Positions 15,001 through 30,000 of a stretch of 64,000 nt of DNA are shown here, one piece after another. The position numbers were made by a program, and so were the translations under genes. Position 1 is the first letter of the stretch. The number at the start of each line of letters is the position of its first letter. The DNA is taken from assembly GCA_964016885.1 (NCBI GenBank), contig OZ024743.1, positions 250,604,001-250,668,000 of the forward strand, written 5' to 3'. The stretch is from Eledone cirrhosa (Eukaryota). Under the pieces are notes generated by a model, which was given only the letters and a program-made list of their open reading frames with translations, did no database searches and was not told where the DNA came from.

Positions 15001-18000
15001 ATACCAGACTAGAAGGTAGTGGTAGTGACAAGTGTGGTATACCAGACTAGAAGGTAGTAGTGGTAGTGACAAGTGTGGTATACCAGACTAGAAGGTAGTA
15101 GTGGTAGTGACAAGTGTGTTATACCAGACTAGAAGGTAGTGGTAGTGACAAGTGTGGTATACCAGACTAGAAGGTAGTAGTGGTAGTGACAAGTGTGGTA
15201 TACCAGACTGTAAGGTAGTGGTAGTGACAAGTGTGGTATACCAGACTAGAAGGTAGTGGTAGTGACAAGTGTGGTATACCAGACTAGAAGGTAGTAGTGG
15301 TAGTGACAAGTGTGGTATACCAGACTAGAAGGTAGTGGTAGTGACAAGTGTGGTATACCAGACTATAAGGTAGTGGTAGTGAGAAGTGTGGTATACCAGA
15401 CTAGAAGGTAGTGGTAGTGACAAGTGTGGTATACCAGACTAGAAGGTAGTAGTGGTAGTGACAAGTGTGGTATACCAGACTGTAAGGTAGTGGTAGTGAC
15501 AAGTGTGGTATACCAGACTAGAAGGTAGTGGTAGTGACAAGTGTGGTATACCAGACTAGAAGGTAGTGGTAGTGACAAGTATGGTATACCAGACTAGAAG
15601 GTAGTAGTGGTAGTGACAAGTGTGGTATACCAGACTAGAAGGTAGTAGTGGTAGTGACAAGTGTGGTATACCAGACTAGAAGGTAGTGGTAGTGACAAGT
15701 GTGGTATACCAGCCTAGAAGGTAGTAGTGGTAGTGACAAGTGTGGTATAACAGACAAGAAGGTAGTAGTGGTAGTGACAAGTGTGGTATACCAGACTAGA
15801 AGGTAGTAGTGGTAGTGACAAGTGTGGTATACCAGACTAGAAGGTGGTGGTAGTGACAAGTGTGGTATACCAGACTAGAAGGTGGTGGTAGTGACAAGTG
15901 TGGTATACCAGGCTAGAAGGTAGTAGTGGTAGTGACAAGTGTGGTATACCAGACTAGAAGGTAGTAGTGGTAGTGACAAGTGTGGTATACCAGACTAGAA
16001 GGTAGTAGTGGTAGTGACAAGTGTGGTATACCAGCCTAGAAGGTAGTAGTGGTAGTGACAAGTGTGGTATACCAGACTAGAAGGTAGTAGTGGTAGTGAC
16101 AAGTGTGGTATACCAGACTAGAAGGTAGTGGTAGTGACAAGTGTGGTATACCAGGCTAGAAGGTAGTAGTGGTAGTGACAAGTGTGGTATACCAGACTAG
16201 AAGGTAGTAGTGGTAGTGAAAAGTGTGGTATACCAGACTAGAAGGTAGTAGTGGTAGTGACAAGTGTGGTATACCAGACTAGAAGGTAGTAGTGGTAGTG
16301 ACAAGTGTGGTATACCAGACTAGAAGGTAGTGGTAGTGACAAGTGTGGTATACCAGGCTAGAAGGTAGTAGTGGTAGTGACAAGTGTGGTATACCAGACT
16401 AGAAGGTAGTAGTGGTAGTGACAAGTGTGGTATACCAGACTAGAAGGTAGTGGTAGTGACAAGTGTGGTATACCAGGCTAGAAGGTAGTAGTGGTAGTGA
16501 CAAGTGTGGTATACCAGACTGTAAGGTAGTGGTAGTGACAAGTGTGGTATACCAGCCTAGAAGGTAGTGGTAGTGACAAGTGTGGTATACCAGCCTAGAA
16601 GGTAGTAGTGGTAGTGACAAGTGTGGTATAACAGACTAGAAGGTAGTGGTAGTGACAAGTGTGGTATACCAGACTAGAAGGTACTGGTAGTGACAAGTGT
16701 GGTATACCAGACTAGAAGGTAGTGGTAGTGACAAGTGTGGTATACCAGACTAGAAGGTAGTGTCAAGTGTGGTATACCTGACAAGAAGGTAGTAGTGGTA
16801 GTGACAAGTGTGGTATACCAGACTAGAAGGTAGTAGTGGTAGTGACAAGTGTGGTATACCAGACTAGAAGGTAGTGGTAGTGACAAGTGTGGTATTCCAG
16901 ACTAGAAGGTAGTAGTGGTAGTGACAAGTGTGGTATACCAGACTAGAAGGTAGTGGTAGTGACAAGTGTGGTATACCAGACTAGAAGGTAGTAGTGGTAG
17001 TGACAAGTGTGGTATACCAGACTGTAAGGTAGTGGTAGTGACAAGTGTGGTATACCAGACTAGAAGGTAGTGGTAGTGACAAGTGTGGTATACCAGACTA
17101 GAAGGTAGTGGTAGTGACAAGTGTGGTATACCAGACTAGAAGGTAGTAGTGGTAGTGACAAGTGTGGTATACCAGACTAGAAGGTAGTAGTGGTAGTGAC
17201 AAGTGTGGTATACCAGACTATAAGGTAGTGGTAGTGAGAAGTGTGGTATACCAGACTAGAAGGTAGTGGTAGTGACAAGTGTGGTATACCAGACTAGAAG
17301 GTAGTAGTGGTAGTGACAAGTGTGGTATACCAGACTGTAAGGTAGTGGTAGTGACAAGTGTGGTATACCAGACTAGAAGGTAGTGGTAGTGACAAGTGTG
17401 GTATACCAGACTAGAAGGTAGTGGTAGTGACAAGTATGGTATACCAGACTAGAAGGTAGTAGTGGTAGTGACAAGTGTGGTATAACAGACAAGAAGGTAG
17501 TAGTGGTAGTGACAAGTGTGGTATACCAGACTAGAAGGTAGTAGTGGTAGTGACAAGTGTGGTATACCAGACTAGAAGGTGGTGGTAGTGGCAAGTGTGG
17601 TATACCAGACTAGAAGGTGGTGGTAGTGACAAGTGTGGTATACCAGGCTAGAAGGTAGTAGTGGTAGTGACAAGTGTGGTATACCAGACTAGAAGGTAGT
17701 AGTGGTAGTGACAAGTGTGGTATACCAGACTAGAAGGTAGTAGTGGTAGTGACAAGTGTGGTATACCAGCCTAGAAGGTAGTAGTGGTAGTGACAAGTGT
17801 GGTATACCAGACTAGAAGGTAGTAGTGGTAGTGACAAGTGTGGTATACCAGACTAGAAGGTAGTAGTGGTAGTGACAAGTGTGGTATACCAGACTAGAAG
17901 GTAGTGGTAGTGACAAGTGTGGTATACCAGGCTAGAAGGTAGTAGTGGTAGTGACAAGTGTGGTATACCAGACTAGAAGGTAGTAGTGGTAGTGACAAGT

Positions 18001-21000
18001 GTGGTATACCAGACTAGAAGGTAGTAGTGGTAGTGACAAGTGTGGTATACCAGACTAGAAGGTAGTAGTGGTAGTGACAAGTGTGGTATACCAGACTAGA
18101 AGGTAGTGGTAGTGACAAGTGTGGTATACCAGGCTAGAAGGTAGTAGTGGTAGTGACAAGTGTGGTATACCAGACTAGAAGGTAGTAGTGGTAGTGACAA
18201 GTGTGGTATACCAGACTAGAAGGTAGTGGTAGTGACAAGTGTGGTATACCAGGCTAGAAGGTAGTAGTGGTAGTGACAAGTGTGGTATACCAGACTGTAA
18301 GGTAGTGGTAGTGACAAGTGTGGTATACCAGCCTAGAAGGTAGTGGTAGTGACAAGTGTGGTATAACAGACTAGAAGGTAGTGGTAGTGACAAGTGTGGT
18401 ATACCAGACTAGAAGGTAGTGGTAGTGACAAGTGTGGTATACCAGACTAGAAGGTAGTGGTAGTGACAAGTGTGGTATACCAGACTATAAGGTAGTAGTG
18501 GTAGTGACAAGTGTGGTATACCAGACTGTAATGTAGTGGTGGTGACAAGTGTGGTGTACCATACTAGAAGGTAGTGGTAGTGACAAGTGTGGTATACCAG
18601 ACTAGAAGGTAGTGGTAGTGACAAGTGTGGTATACCAGACTAGAAGGTAGTAGTGGTAGTGACAAGTGTGGTATACCAGACTAGAAGGTAGTGGTAGTGA
18701 CAAGTGTGGTATACCAGCCTAGAAGGCAGTGGTAGTGACAAGTGTGGTATACCAGACTAGAAGGTAGTAGTGGTAGTGACAAGTGTGGTATACCAGACTG
18801 TAAGGTAGTGGTGGTGACAAGTGTGGTATACCATACTAGAAGGTAGTGGTAGTGACAAGTGTGGTATACCAGACTAGAAGGTAGTAGTGGTAGTGACAAG
18901 TGTGGTATACCAGACTAGAAGGTAGTGGTAGTGACAAGTGTGGTATACCAGACTAGAAGGTAGTGGTAGTGACAAGTGTGGTATACCAGCCTAGAAGGTA
19001 GTAGTGGTAGTGACAAGTGTGGTATACCAGACTAGAAGGTAGTGGTAGTGACAAGTGTGGTATACCAGACTAGAAGGTAGTAGTGGTAGTGACAAGTGTG
19101 GTATACCAGACTAGAAGGTAGTAGTGGTAGTGACAAGTGTGGTATACCAGACTAGAAGGTAGTGGTAGTGACAAGTGTGGTATTCCAGACTAGAAGGTAG
19201 TAGTGGTAGTGACAAGTGTGGTATACCAGACTAGAAGGTAGTGGTAGTGACAAGTGTGGTATACCAGACTAGAAGGTAGTAGTGGTAGTGACAAGTGTGG
19301 TATACCAGACTGTAAGGTAGTGGTAGTGACAAGTGTGGTATACCAGACTAGAAGGTAGTGGTAGTGACAAGTGTGGTATACCAGACTAGAAGGTAGTGGT
19401 AGTGACAAGTGTGGTATACCAGACTAGAAGGTAGTAGTGGTAGTGACAAGTGTGGTATACCAGACTAGAAGGTAGTAGTGGTAGTGACAAGTGTGGTATA
19501 CCAGACTATAAGGTAGTGGTAGTGAGAAGTGTGGTATACCAGACTAGAAGGTAGTGGTAGTGACAAGTGTGGTATACCAGACTAGAAGGTAGTAGTGGTA
19601 GTGACAAGTGTGGTATACCAGACTGTAAGGTAGTGGTAGTGACAAGTGTGGTATACCAGACTAGAAGGTAGTGGTAGTGACAAGTGTGGTATACCAGACT
19701 AGAAGGTAGTGGTAGTGACAAGTATGGTATACCAGACTAGAAGGTAGTAGTGGTAGTGACAAGTGTGGTATACCAGACTAGAAGGTAGTAGTGGTAGTGA
19801 CAAGTGTGGTATACCAGACTAGAAGGTAGTGGTAGTGACAAGTGTGGTATACCAGCCTAGAAGGTAGTAGTGGTAGTGACAAGTGTGGTATAACAGACAA
19901 GAAGGTAGTAGTGGTAGTGACAAGTGTGGTATACCAGACTAGAAGGTAGTAGTGGTAGTGACAAGTGTGGTATACCAGACTAGAAGGTGGTGGTAGTGAC
20001 AAGTGTGGTATACCAGACTAGAAGGTGGTGGTAGTGACAAGTGTGGTATACCAGGCTAGAAGGTAGTAGTGGTAGTGACAAGTGTGGTATACCAGACTAG
20101 AAGGTAGTAGTGGTAGTGACAAGTGTGGTATACCAGCCTAGAAGGTAGTAGTGGTAGTGACAAGTGTGGTATACCAGACTAGAAGGTAGTAGTGGTAGTG
20201 ACAAGTGTGGTATACCAGACTAGAAGGTAGTAGTGGTAGTGACAAGTGTGGTATACCAGACTAGAAGGTAGTGGTAGTGACAAGTGTGGTATACCAGGCT
20301 AGAAGGTAGTAGTGGTAGTGACAAGTGTGGTATACCAGACTAGAAGGTAGTAGTGGTAGTGACAAGTGTGGTATACCAGACTAGAAGGTAGTAGTGGTAG
20401 TGACAAGTGTGGTATACCAGACTAGAAGGTAGTAGTGGTAGTGACAAGTGTGGTATACCAGACTAGAAGGTAGTGGTAGTGACAAGTGTGGTATACCAGG
20501 CTAGAAGGTAGTAGTGGTAGTGACAAGTGTGGTATACCAGACTAGAAGGTAGTAGTGGTAGTGACAAGTGTGGTATACCAGACTAGAAGGTAGTGGTAGT
20601 GACAAGTGTGGTATACCAGGCTAGAAGGTAGTAGTGGTAGTGACAAGTGTGGTATACCAGACTGTAAGGTAGTGGTAGTGACAAGTGTGGTATACCAGCC
20701 TAGAAGGTAGTGGTAGTGACAAGTGTGGTATAACAGACTAGAAGGTAGTGGTAGTGACAAGTGTGGTATACCAGACTAGAAGGTAGTGGTAGTGACAAGT
20801 GTGGTATACCAGACTAGAAGGTAGTGGTAGTGACAAGTGTGGTATACCAGACTATAAGGTAGTAGTGGTAGTGACAAGTGTGGTATACCAGACTGTAATG
20901 TAGTGGTGGTGACAAGTGTGGTGTACCATACTAGAAGGTAGTGGTAGTGACAAGTGTGGTATACCAGACTAGAAGGTAGTGGTAGTGACAAGTGTGGTAT

Positions 21001-24000
21001 ACCAGACTAGAAGGTAGTAGTGGTAGTGACAAGTGTGGTATACCAGACTAGAAGGTAGTGGTAGTGACAAGTGTGGTATACCAGCCTAGAAGGCAGTGGT
21101 AGTGACAAGTGTGGTATACCAGACTAGAAGGTAGTAGTGGTAGTGACAAGTGTGGTATACCAGACTGTAAGGTAGTGGTGGTGACAAGTGTGGTATACCA
21201 TACTAGAAGGTAGTGGTAGTGACAAGTGTGGTATACCAGACTAGAAGGTAGTAGTGGTAGTGACAAGTGTGGTATACCAGACTAGAAGGTAGTGGTAGTG
21301 ACAAGTGTGGTATACCAGACTAGAAGGTAGTGGTAGTGACAAGTGTGGTATACCAGCCTAGAAGGTAGTAGTGGTAGTGACAAGTGTGGTATACCAGACT
21401 AGAAGGTAGTGGTAGTGACAAGTGTGGTATACCAGACTAGAAGGTAGTGGTAGTGACAAGTGTGGTATACCAGACTAGAAGGTAGTGGTGGTGACAAGTG
21501 TGGTATACCATACTAGAAGGTAGTGGTAGTGACAAGTGTGGTATTCCAGACTAGAAGGTAGTAGTGGTAGTGACAAGTGTGGTATACCAGACTAGAAGGT
21601 AGAGGTAGTGACAAGTGTGGTATACCAGACTAGAAGGTAGTAGTGGTAGTGACAAGTGTGGTATACCAGACTGTAAGGTAGTGGTAGTGACAAGTGTGGT
21701 ATACCAGACTAGAAGGTAGTGGTAGTGACAAGTATGGTATACCAGACTAGAAGGTAGTGGTAGTGACACGTGTGGTATACCAGACTAGAAGGTAGTAGTG
21801 GTAGTGACAAGTGTGGTATACCAGACTAGAAGGTAGTAGTGGTAGTGACAAGTGTGGTATACCAGACTAGAAGGTAGTAGTGGTAGTGACAGTGTGGTAT
21901 ACCAGACTAGAAGGTAGGGGAAGTGACAAGTGTGGTATACCAGACTAGAAGGTAGTGGTGGTAGTGACAAGTGTGTTATACCAGACTAGAAGGTAGTAGT
22001 GGTAGTGACAAGTGTGGTATACCAGACTAGAAGGTAGTGGTAGTGACAAGTGTGGTATACCAGACTAGAAGGTAGTGGTAGTGACAAGTGTGGTATACCA
22101 GACTAGAAGGTAGTGGTGGTAGTGACAAGTGTGGTCTACCAGACTAGAAGGTAGTGGTGGTAGTGACAAGTGTGGTCTACCAGACTAGAAGGTAGTGGTG
22201 GTAGTGACAAGTGTGGTATACCAGACTAGAAGGTAGTGGTAGTGACAAGTGTGGTACACCAGACTATAAGGTAGTGGTAGTGACAAGTGTGGTATACCAG
22301 ACTAGAAGGTAGTGGTAGTGACAAGTGTGGTATACCAGACTAGAAGGTAGTGGTAGTGACAAGTGTGGCATACCAGACTAGAAGGTAGTGGTAGTGACAA
22401 GTGTGGTATACCATACTAGAAGGTAGTGGAAGTGACAAGTGTGGTATACCAGACTAGAAGGTAGTAGTGGTAGTGACAATTGTGGTACACCATACTATAA
22501 GGTAGTGGTGGTAGTGACAAGTGTGGTATACCAGACTAGAAGGTAGTGGAAGTGACAAGTGTGGTATACCAGACTAGAAGGTGGTAGTGGTAGTGACAAG
22601 TGTGGTATACCAGACTAGAAGGTAGTGGTGGTAGTGACAAGTGTGGTATACCAGACTAGGAGGTAGTGGTGGTGACAAGTGTGGTATACCAGGCTAGAAG
22701 GTAGTAGTGGTAGTGACAAGTGTGGTATACCAGACTAGAAGGTAGTAGTGGTAGTGACAAGTGTGGTCTACCAGACTAGAAGGTAGTGGTAGTGACAAGT
22801 GTGGTATACCAGACTATAAGGTAGTAGTGGTAGTGACAAGTGTGGTATACCAGACTATAAGGTAGTAGTGGTAGTGACAAGTGTGGTATACCAGACTAGA
22901 ATGTAGTAGTAGTGACAAGTGTGGTATACCAGACTGTAAGGTAGTGGTAGTGACAAGTGTGGTATACCAGACTAGAAGGTAGTAGTGGTAGTGACAAGTG
23001 TGGTATACCAGACTAGAAGGTAGTAGTGGTGGTGACAAGTGTGGTATACCAGACTAGAAGGTAGTAGTGGTAGTGACAAGTGTGGTATACCAGACTAGAA
23101 GGTAGTAGTGGTAGTGACAAGTGTGGTATACCAGACTAGAAGGTAGTGTCAAGTGTGGTATACCAGACAAGAAGGTAGTAGTGGTAGTGACAAGTGTGGT
23201 ATACCAGACTAGAAGGTAGTAGTGGTAGTGACAAGTGTGGTATACCAGACTAGAAGGTAGTAGTAGTGAGAAGTGTGGTATACCAGACTAGAAGGTAGTG
23301 GTAGTGACAAGTGTGGTATACCAGACTAGAAAGTAGTAGTGGTAGTGACATGTGTGGTATACCAGACTAGAAGGTAGTAGTGGTAGTGACAAGTGTGGTA
23401 TACCAGACTAGAAGGTAGTGACAAGTGTGGTATACCAGACTAGCAGGTAGTAGTGGTAGCGACAAGTGTGGTATACCAGAGTAGAAGGTAGTGGTAGTGA
23501 CAAGTGTGGTATACCAGACTAGAAGGTAGTGGTAGTGACAAGTGTGGTATACCAGACTAGAAGGTAGTAGTGGTAGTGACATGTGTGGTATACCAGACTA
23601 GAAGGTAGTAGTGGTAGTGACAAGTGTGGTATACCAGACTAGAAGGTAGTGGTAGTGACAAGTGTGGTATACCAGGCTAGAAGGTAGTAGTGGTAGTGAC
23701 AAGTGTGGTATACCAGACTAGAAGGTAGTGGTAGTGACAAGTGTGGCATACCAAACTAGAAGGTAGTGGTAGTGACAAGTGTGGTATACCAGACTGTAAG
23801 GTAGTGGTAGTGACAAGTGTGGTATACCAGACTAGAAGGTAGTGGTAGTGACAAGTGTGGTATACCAGACTAGAAGGTAGTAGTGGTAGTGACATGTGTG
23901 GTATACCAGACTAGAAGGTAGTAGTGGTAGTGACAAGTGCGGTATACCAGACTAGAAGGTAGTGGTAGTGACAAGTGTGGTATACCAGACTAGAAGATAG

Positions 24001-27000
24001 TAGAGGTAGTGACAAGTGTGGTATACCAGACTAGAAGGTAGTAGTGGTAGTGACAAGTGTGGTATACCAGACTAGAAGGTAGTGGTAGTGACAAGTGTGG
24101 TATACCAGACTAGAAGGTAGTGGTAGTGACAAGTGTGGTATACCAGACTAGAAGGTAGTAGTGGTAGTGACAAGTGTGGTATACCAGACTAGAAGGTAGT
24201 GGTAGTGACAAGTGTGGTATACCAGGCTAGAAGGTAGTAGTGGTAGTGACAAGTGTGGTATACCAGACTAGAAGGTAGTGGTAGTGACAAGTGTGGCATA
24301 CCAGACTAGAAGGTAGTGGTAGTGACAAGTGTGGTATACCAGACTAGAAGGTAGTAGTGGTAGTGACATGTGTGGTATACCAGACTAGAAGGTAGTAGTG
24401 GTAGTGACAAGTGCGGTATACCAGACTAGAAGGTAGTGGTAGTGACAAGTGTGGTATACCAGACTAGAAGGTAGTAGTGGTAGTGACAAGCGTGGTATAC
24501 CAGACTATAAGGTAGTGGTAGTGACAAGTGTGGTATACCAAGCTATAAGGTGGTAGTGGTAGTGACAAGTGTGGTATACCAGACTAGAAGGTAGTAGTGG
24601 TAGTGACAAGTGTGGTATACCAGACTAGAAGGTAGTGGTAGTGACAAGTGTGGTATACCAGACTATAAGGTAGTAGTGGTAGTGACAAGTGTGGTATACC
24701 AGACTAGAAGGTAGTAGTGGTAGTGACAAGTGTGGTATACCAGACTAGAAGGTAGTGTCAAGTGTGGTATACCAGACAAGAAGGTAGTGTCAAGTGTGGT
24801 ATACCAGACAAGAAGGTAGTAGTGGTAGTGACAAGTGTGGTATACCAGACTAGAAGGTAGTGGTAGTGACAAGTGTGGTATACCAGACTAGAAGGTAGTA
24901 GTGGTAGTGACAAGTGTGGTATACCAGACTGTAAGGTAGTGGTAGTGACAAGTGTGGTATACCAGACTAGAAGGTAGTGGTAGTGACAAGTGTGGTATAC
25001 CAGACTAGAAGGTAGTGGTGGTAGTGACAAGTGTGTTATACCAGACTAGAAGATAGTAGTGGTAGTGACAAGTGTGGTATACCAGACTAGAAGGTAGTGG
25101 TAGTGACAAGTGTGGTATTCCAGACTAGAAGGTAGTAGTGGTAGTGACAAGTGTGGTATACCAGACTATAATGTAGTGGTAGTGACATGTGTGGTATACC
25201 AGACTAGAAGGTAGTGGTAGTGACAAGTGTGGTATACCAGACTAGAAGGTAGTGGTGGTAGTGACAAGTGTGGTCTACCAGACTAGAAGGTAGTGGTGGT
25301 AGTGACAAGTGTGGTCTACCAGACTAGAAGGTAGTGGTAGTGACAAGTGTGGTCTACCAGACTAGAAGGTAGTGGTGGTAGTGACAAGTGTGGTATACCA
25401 GACTAGAAGGTAGTGGTGGTAGTGACAAGTGTGGTCTACCAGACTAGAAGGTAGTAGTGGTAGTGACGAGTGTGGTACACCAGACTATAAGGTAGTGGTA
25501 GTGACAAGTGTGGTATACCAGACTAGAAGGTAGTGGTAGTGACAAGTGTGGTATACCAGGCTAGAAGGTAGTAGTGGTAGTGACAAGTGTGGTATACCAG
25601 ACTAGAAGGTAGTGGTAGTGACAAGTGTGGCATACCAGACTAGAAGGTAGTGGTAGTGACAAGTGTGGTATACCAGACTGTAAGGTAGTGGTAGTGACAA
25701 GTGTGGTATACCAGACTAGAAGGTAGTGGTAGTGACAAGTGTGGTATACCAGACTAGAAGGTAGTAGTGGTAGTGACATGTGTGGTATACCAGACTAGAA
25801 GGTAGTAGTGGTAGTGACAAGTGCGGTATACCAGACTAGAAGGTAGTGGTAGTGACAAGTGTGGTATACCAGACTAGAAGGTAGTAGTGGTAGTGACAAG
25901 CGTGGTATACCAGACTATAAGGTAGTGGTAGTGACAAGTGTGGTATACCAAGCTATAAGGTGGTAGTGGTAGTGACAAGTGTGGTATACCAGACTAGAAG
26001 GTAGTAGTGGTAGTGACAAGTGTGGTATACCAGACTAGAAGGTAGTGGTAGTGACAAGTGTGGTATACCAGACTATAAGGTAGTAGTGGTAGTGACAAGT
26101 GTGGTATACCAGACTAGAAGGTAGTAGTGGTAGTGACAAGTGTGGTATACCAGACTAGAAGGTAGTGTCAAGTGTGGTATACCAGACAAGAAGGTAGTGT
26201 CAAGTGTGGTATACCAGACAAGAAGGTAGTAGTGGTAGTGACAAGTGTGGTATACCAGACTAGAAGGTAGTGGTAGTGACAAGTGTGGTATACCAGACTA
26301 GAAGGTAGTGGTGGTAGTGACAAGTGTGTTATACCAGACTAGAAGGTAGTAGTGGTAGTGACAAGTGTGGTATACCAGACTAGAATGTAGTGGTAGTGAC
26401 AAGTGTGGTATACCAGACTAGAAGGTAGTGGTGGTAGTGACAAGTGTGTTATACCAGACTAGAAGGTAGTAGTGGTAGTGACAAGTGTGGTATACCAGAC
26501 TAGAAGGTAGTGGTAGTGACAAGTGTGGTATACCAGACTAGAAGGTAGTGGTGGTAGTGACAAGTGTGGTCTACCAGACTAGAAGGTAGTAGTGGTAGTG
26601 ACAAGTGTGGTATACCAGACTAGAAGGTGGTGGTAGTGGCAAGTGTGGTATACCAGACTAGAAGGTAGTAGTGGTAGTGACAAGTGTGGTCTACCAGACT
26701 AGAAGGTAGTAGTGGTAGTGACAAGTGTGGTATACCAGACTAGAAGGTAGTGGTGGTAGTGACAAGTGTGGTATACCAGACTAGAAGGTAGTGGTGGTAG
26801 TGACAAGTGTGGTATACCAGACTAGAAGGTAGTGGTGGTAGTGACAAGTGTGGTATACCAGACTAGAAGGTAGTGGTGGTAGTGACAAGTGTGGTATACC
26901 AGACTAGAAGGTAGTGGTGGTAGTGACAAGTGTGGTCTACCAGACTAGAAGGTAGTAGTGGTAGTGACAAGTGTGGTATACCAGACTAGAAGGTAGTGGT

Positions 27001-30000
27001 GGTAGTGACAAGTGTGGTATACCAGACTAGAAGGTAGTGGTGGTAGTGACAAGTGTGGTATACCAGACTAGAAGGTAGTGGTGGTAGTGACAAGTGTGGT
27101 ATACCAGACTAGAAGGTAGTAGTGGTAGTGACGAGTGTGGTACACCAGACTAGAAGGTAGTGGTGGTAGTGACAAGTGTGGTATACCAGACTAGAAGGTA
27201 GTGGTGGTAGTGACAAGTGTGGTCTACCAGACTAGAAGGTAGTAGTGGTAGTGACAAGTGTGGTATACCAGACTAGAAGGTAGTGGTGGTAGTGACAAGT
27301 GTGGTCTACCAGACTAGAAGGTAGTAGTGGTAGTGACGAGTGTGGTACACCAGACTATAAGGTAGTGGTAGTGACAAGTGTGGTATACCAGACTAGAAGG
27401 TAGTGGTAGTGACAAGTGTGGTATACCAGACTAGAAGGTAGTGGTAGTGACAAGTGTGGCATACCAGACTAGAAGGTAGTGGTAGTGACAAGTGTGGTAT
27501 ACCATACTAGAAGGTAGTGGTAGTGACAAGTGTGGTATACCAGACTAGAAGGTAGTAGTGGTAGTGACAAGTGTGGTACACCATACTATAAGGTAGTGGT
27601 AGTGACAAGTGTGGTATACCAGACTAGAAGGTAGTGGTGGTAGTGACAAGTGTGGTATACCAGACTAGGAGGTAGTGGTGGTGACAAGTGTGGTATATCA
27701 GGCTAGAAGGTAGTAGTGGTAGTGACAAGTGTGGTATACCAGACTAGAAGGTAGTAGTGGTAGTGACAAGTGTGGTCTACCAGACTAGAAGGTAGTGGTA
27801 GTGACAAGTGTGGTATACCAGACTATAAGGTAGTAGTGGTAGTGACAAGTGTGGTATACCAGACTATAAGGTAGAAGAGGTAGTGACAAGTGTGGTATAC
27901 CAGACTAGAATGTAGTAGTAGTGACAAGTGTGGTATACCAGACTTTAAGGTAGTGGTAGTGACAAGTGTGGTATACCAGACTAGAAGGTAGTAGTGGTAG
28001 TGACAAGTGTGGTATACCAGACTAGAAGGTAGTAGTGGTAGTGACAAGTGTGGTATACCAGACTAGAAGGTAGTGGTAGTGACAAGTGTCGTATACCAGA
28101 CTAGAAGGTAGTAGTGGTAGTGACAAGTGTGGTATACCAGACTATAAGGTAGTGGTAGTGACAAGTGTGGTATACCAGACTAGAAGGTAGTAGTGGTAGT
28201 GACAAGTGTGGTATACCAGACTAGAAGGTAGTGGTGGTAGTGACAAGTGTGGTATACCAGACTAGAAGGTAGTAGTGGTAGTGACAAGTGTGGTATACCA
28301 GACTATAAGGTAGTGGTAGTGACAAGTGTGGTATACCAGACTAGAAGGTAGTAGTGGTAGTGACATGTGTGGTATACCAGTCTAGAAGGTAGTAGTGGTA
28401 GTGACAAGTGTGGTCTACCAGACTAGAAGGTAGTGGTAGTGACAAGTGTGGTATACGAGACTAGAAGGTAGTGGTAGTGACAAGTGTGGTATACCAGACT
28501 GTAAGGTAGTGGTAGTGACAAGTGTGGTATACCAGGCTAGAAGGTAGTAGTGGTAGTGACATGTGTGGTATACCAGACTAGAAGGTAGTAGTGGTAGTGA
28601 CATGTGTGGTATACCAGACTAGAAGGTAGTAGTGGTAGTGACAAGTGTGGTATACCAGACTAGAAGGTAGTAGTGGTAGTGACAAGTGTGGTATACCAGA
28701 CTAGAAGGTAGTGGTAGTGACAAGTGTGGTATACCAGGCTATAAGGTGGTAGTGGTAGTGACAAGTGCGGTATACCAGACTAGAAGGTAGTAGTGGTAGT
28801 GACAAGTGTGGTATACCAGATTAGAAGGTAGTGGTAGTGACAAGTGTGGTATACCAGACTAGAAGGTAGTAGTGGTAGTGACAAGTGTGGTATACCAGAC
28901 TAGAAGGTAGTGGTAGTGACAAGTGTGGTATACCAGACTAGAAGGTAGTGGTAGTGACAAGTGTGGTATACCAGACTAGAAGGTAGTAGTGGTAGTGACA
29001 AGTGTGGTCTACCAGACTAGAAGGTAGTGGTAGTGACAAGTGTGGTATACCAGACTAGAAGGTAGTGGTAGTGACAAGTGTGGTATACAAGACTAGAAGG
29101 TAGTAGTGGTAGTGACAAGTGTGGTCTACCAGACTAGAAGGTAGAGGTAGCGACAAGTGTGGTATACCATACTAGAAGGTAGTGGTAGTGACAAGTGTGG
29201 TATACCAGACTAGAAGGTAGTAGTGGTAGTGACAAGTGTGGTACACCATACTATAAGGTAGTGGTAGTGACAAGTGTGGTATACCAGACTAGAAGGTAGT
29301 GGTGGTAGTGACAAGTGTGGTATACCAGACTAGGAGGTAGTGGTGGTGACAAGTGTGGTATACCAGGCTAGAAGGTAGTAGTGGTAGTGACAAGTGTGGT
29401 ATACCAGACTAGAAGGTAGTAGTGTAGTGACAAGTGTGGTATACCAGACTAGAAGGTAGTGGTAGTGACAAGTGTGGTATACCAGACTAGAAGGTAGTGG
29501 TAGTGACAAGTGTGGTACACCAGACTAGAAGGTGGTAGTGGTACTGATAAGTGTGGTATACCAGACTAGAAGGTAGTGGTAGTGACAAGTGTGGTATACC
29601 AGACTAGAAGGTAGTGGTAGTGACAAGTGTGGTATACCAGACTAGAAGGTAGTGGTAGTGACAAGTGTGGTATACCAGACTATAAGGTAGTAGTGGTAGT
29701 GACAAGTGTGGTATACCAGACTAGAATGTAGTAGTAGTGACAAGTGTGGTATACCAGACTGTAAGGTAGTGGTAGTGACAAGTGTGGTATACCAGACTAG
29801 AAGGTAGTAGTGGTAGTGACAAGTGTGGTATACCAGACTAGAAGGTGGTGGTAGTGACAAGTGTCGTATACGAGACTAGAAGGTAGTGGTAGTGACAAGT
29901 GTGGTATACAGGGCTAGAAGGTAGTGGTAGTGACAAGTGTGGTATACCAGACTAGAAGGTAGTAGTGGTAGTGACAAGTGTGGTATACCAGACTAGAAGG

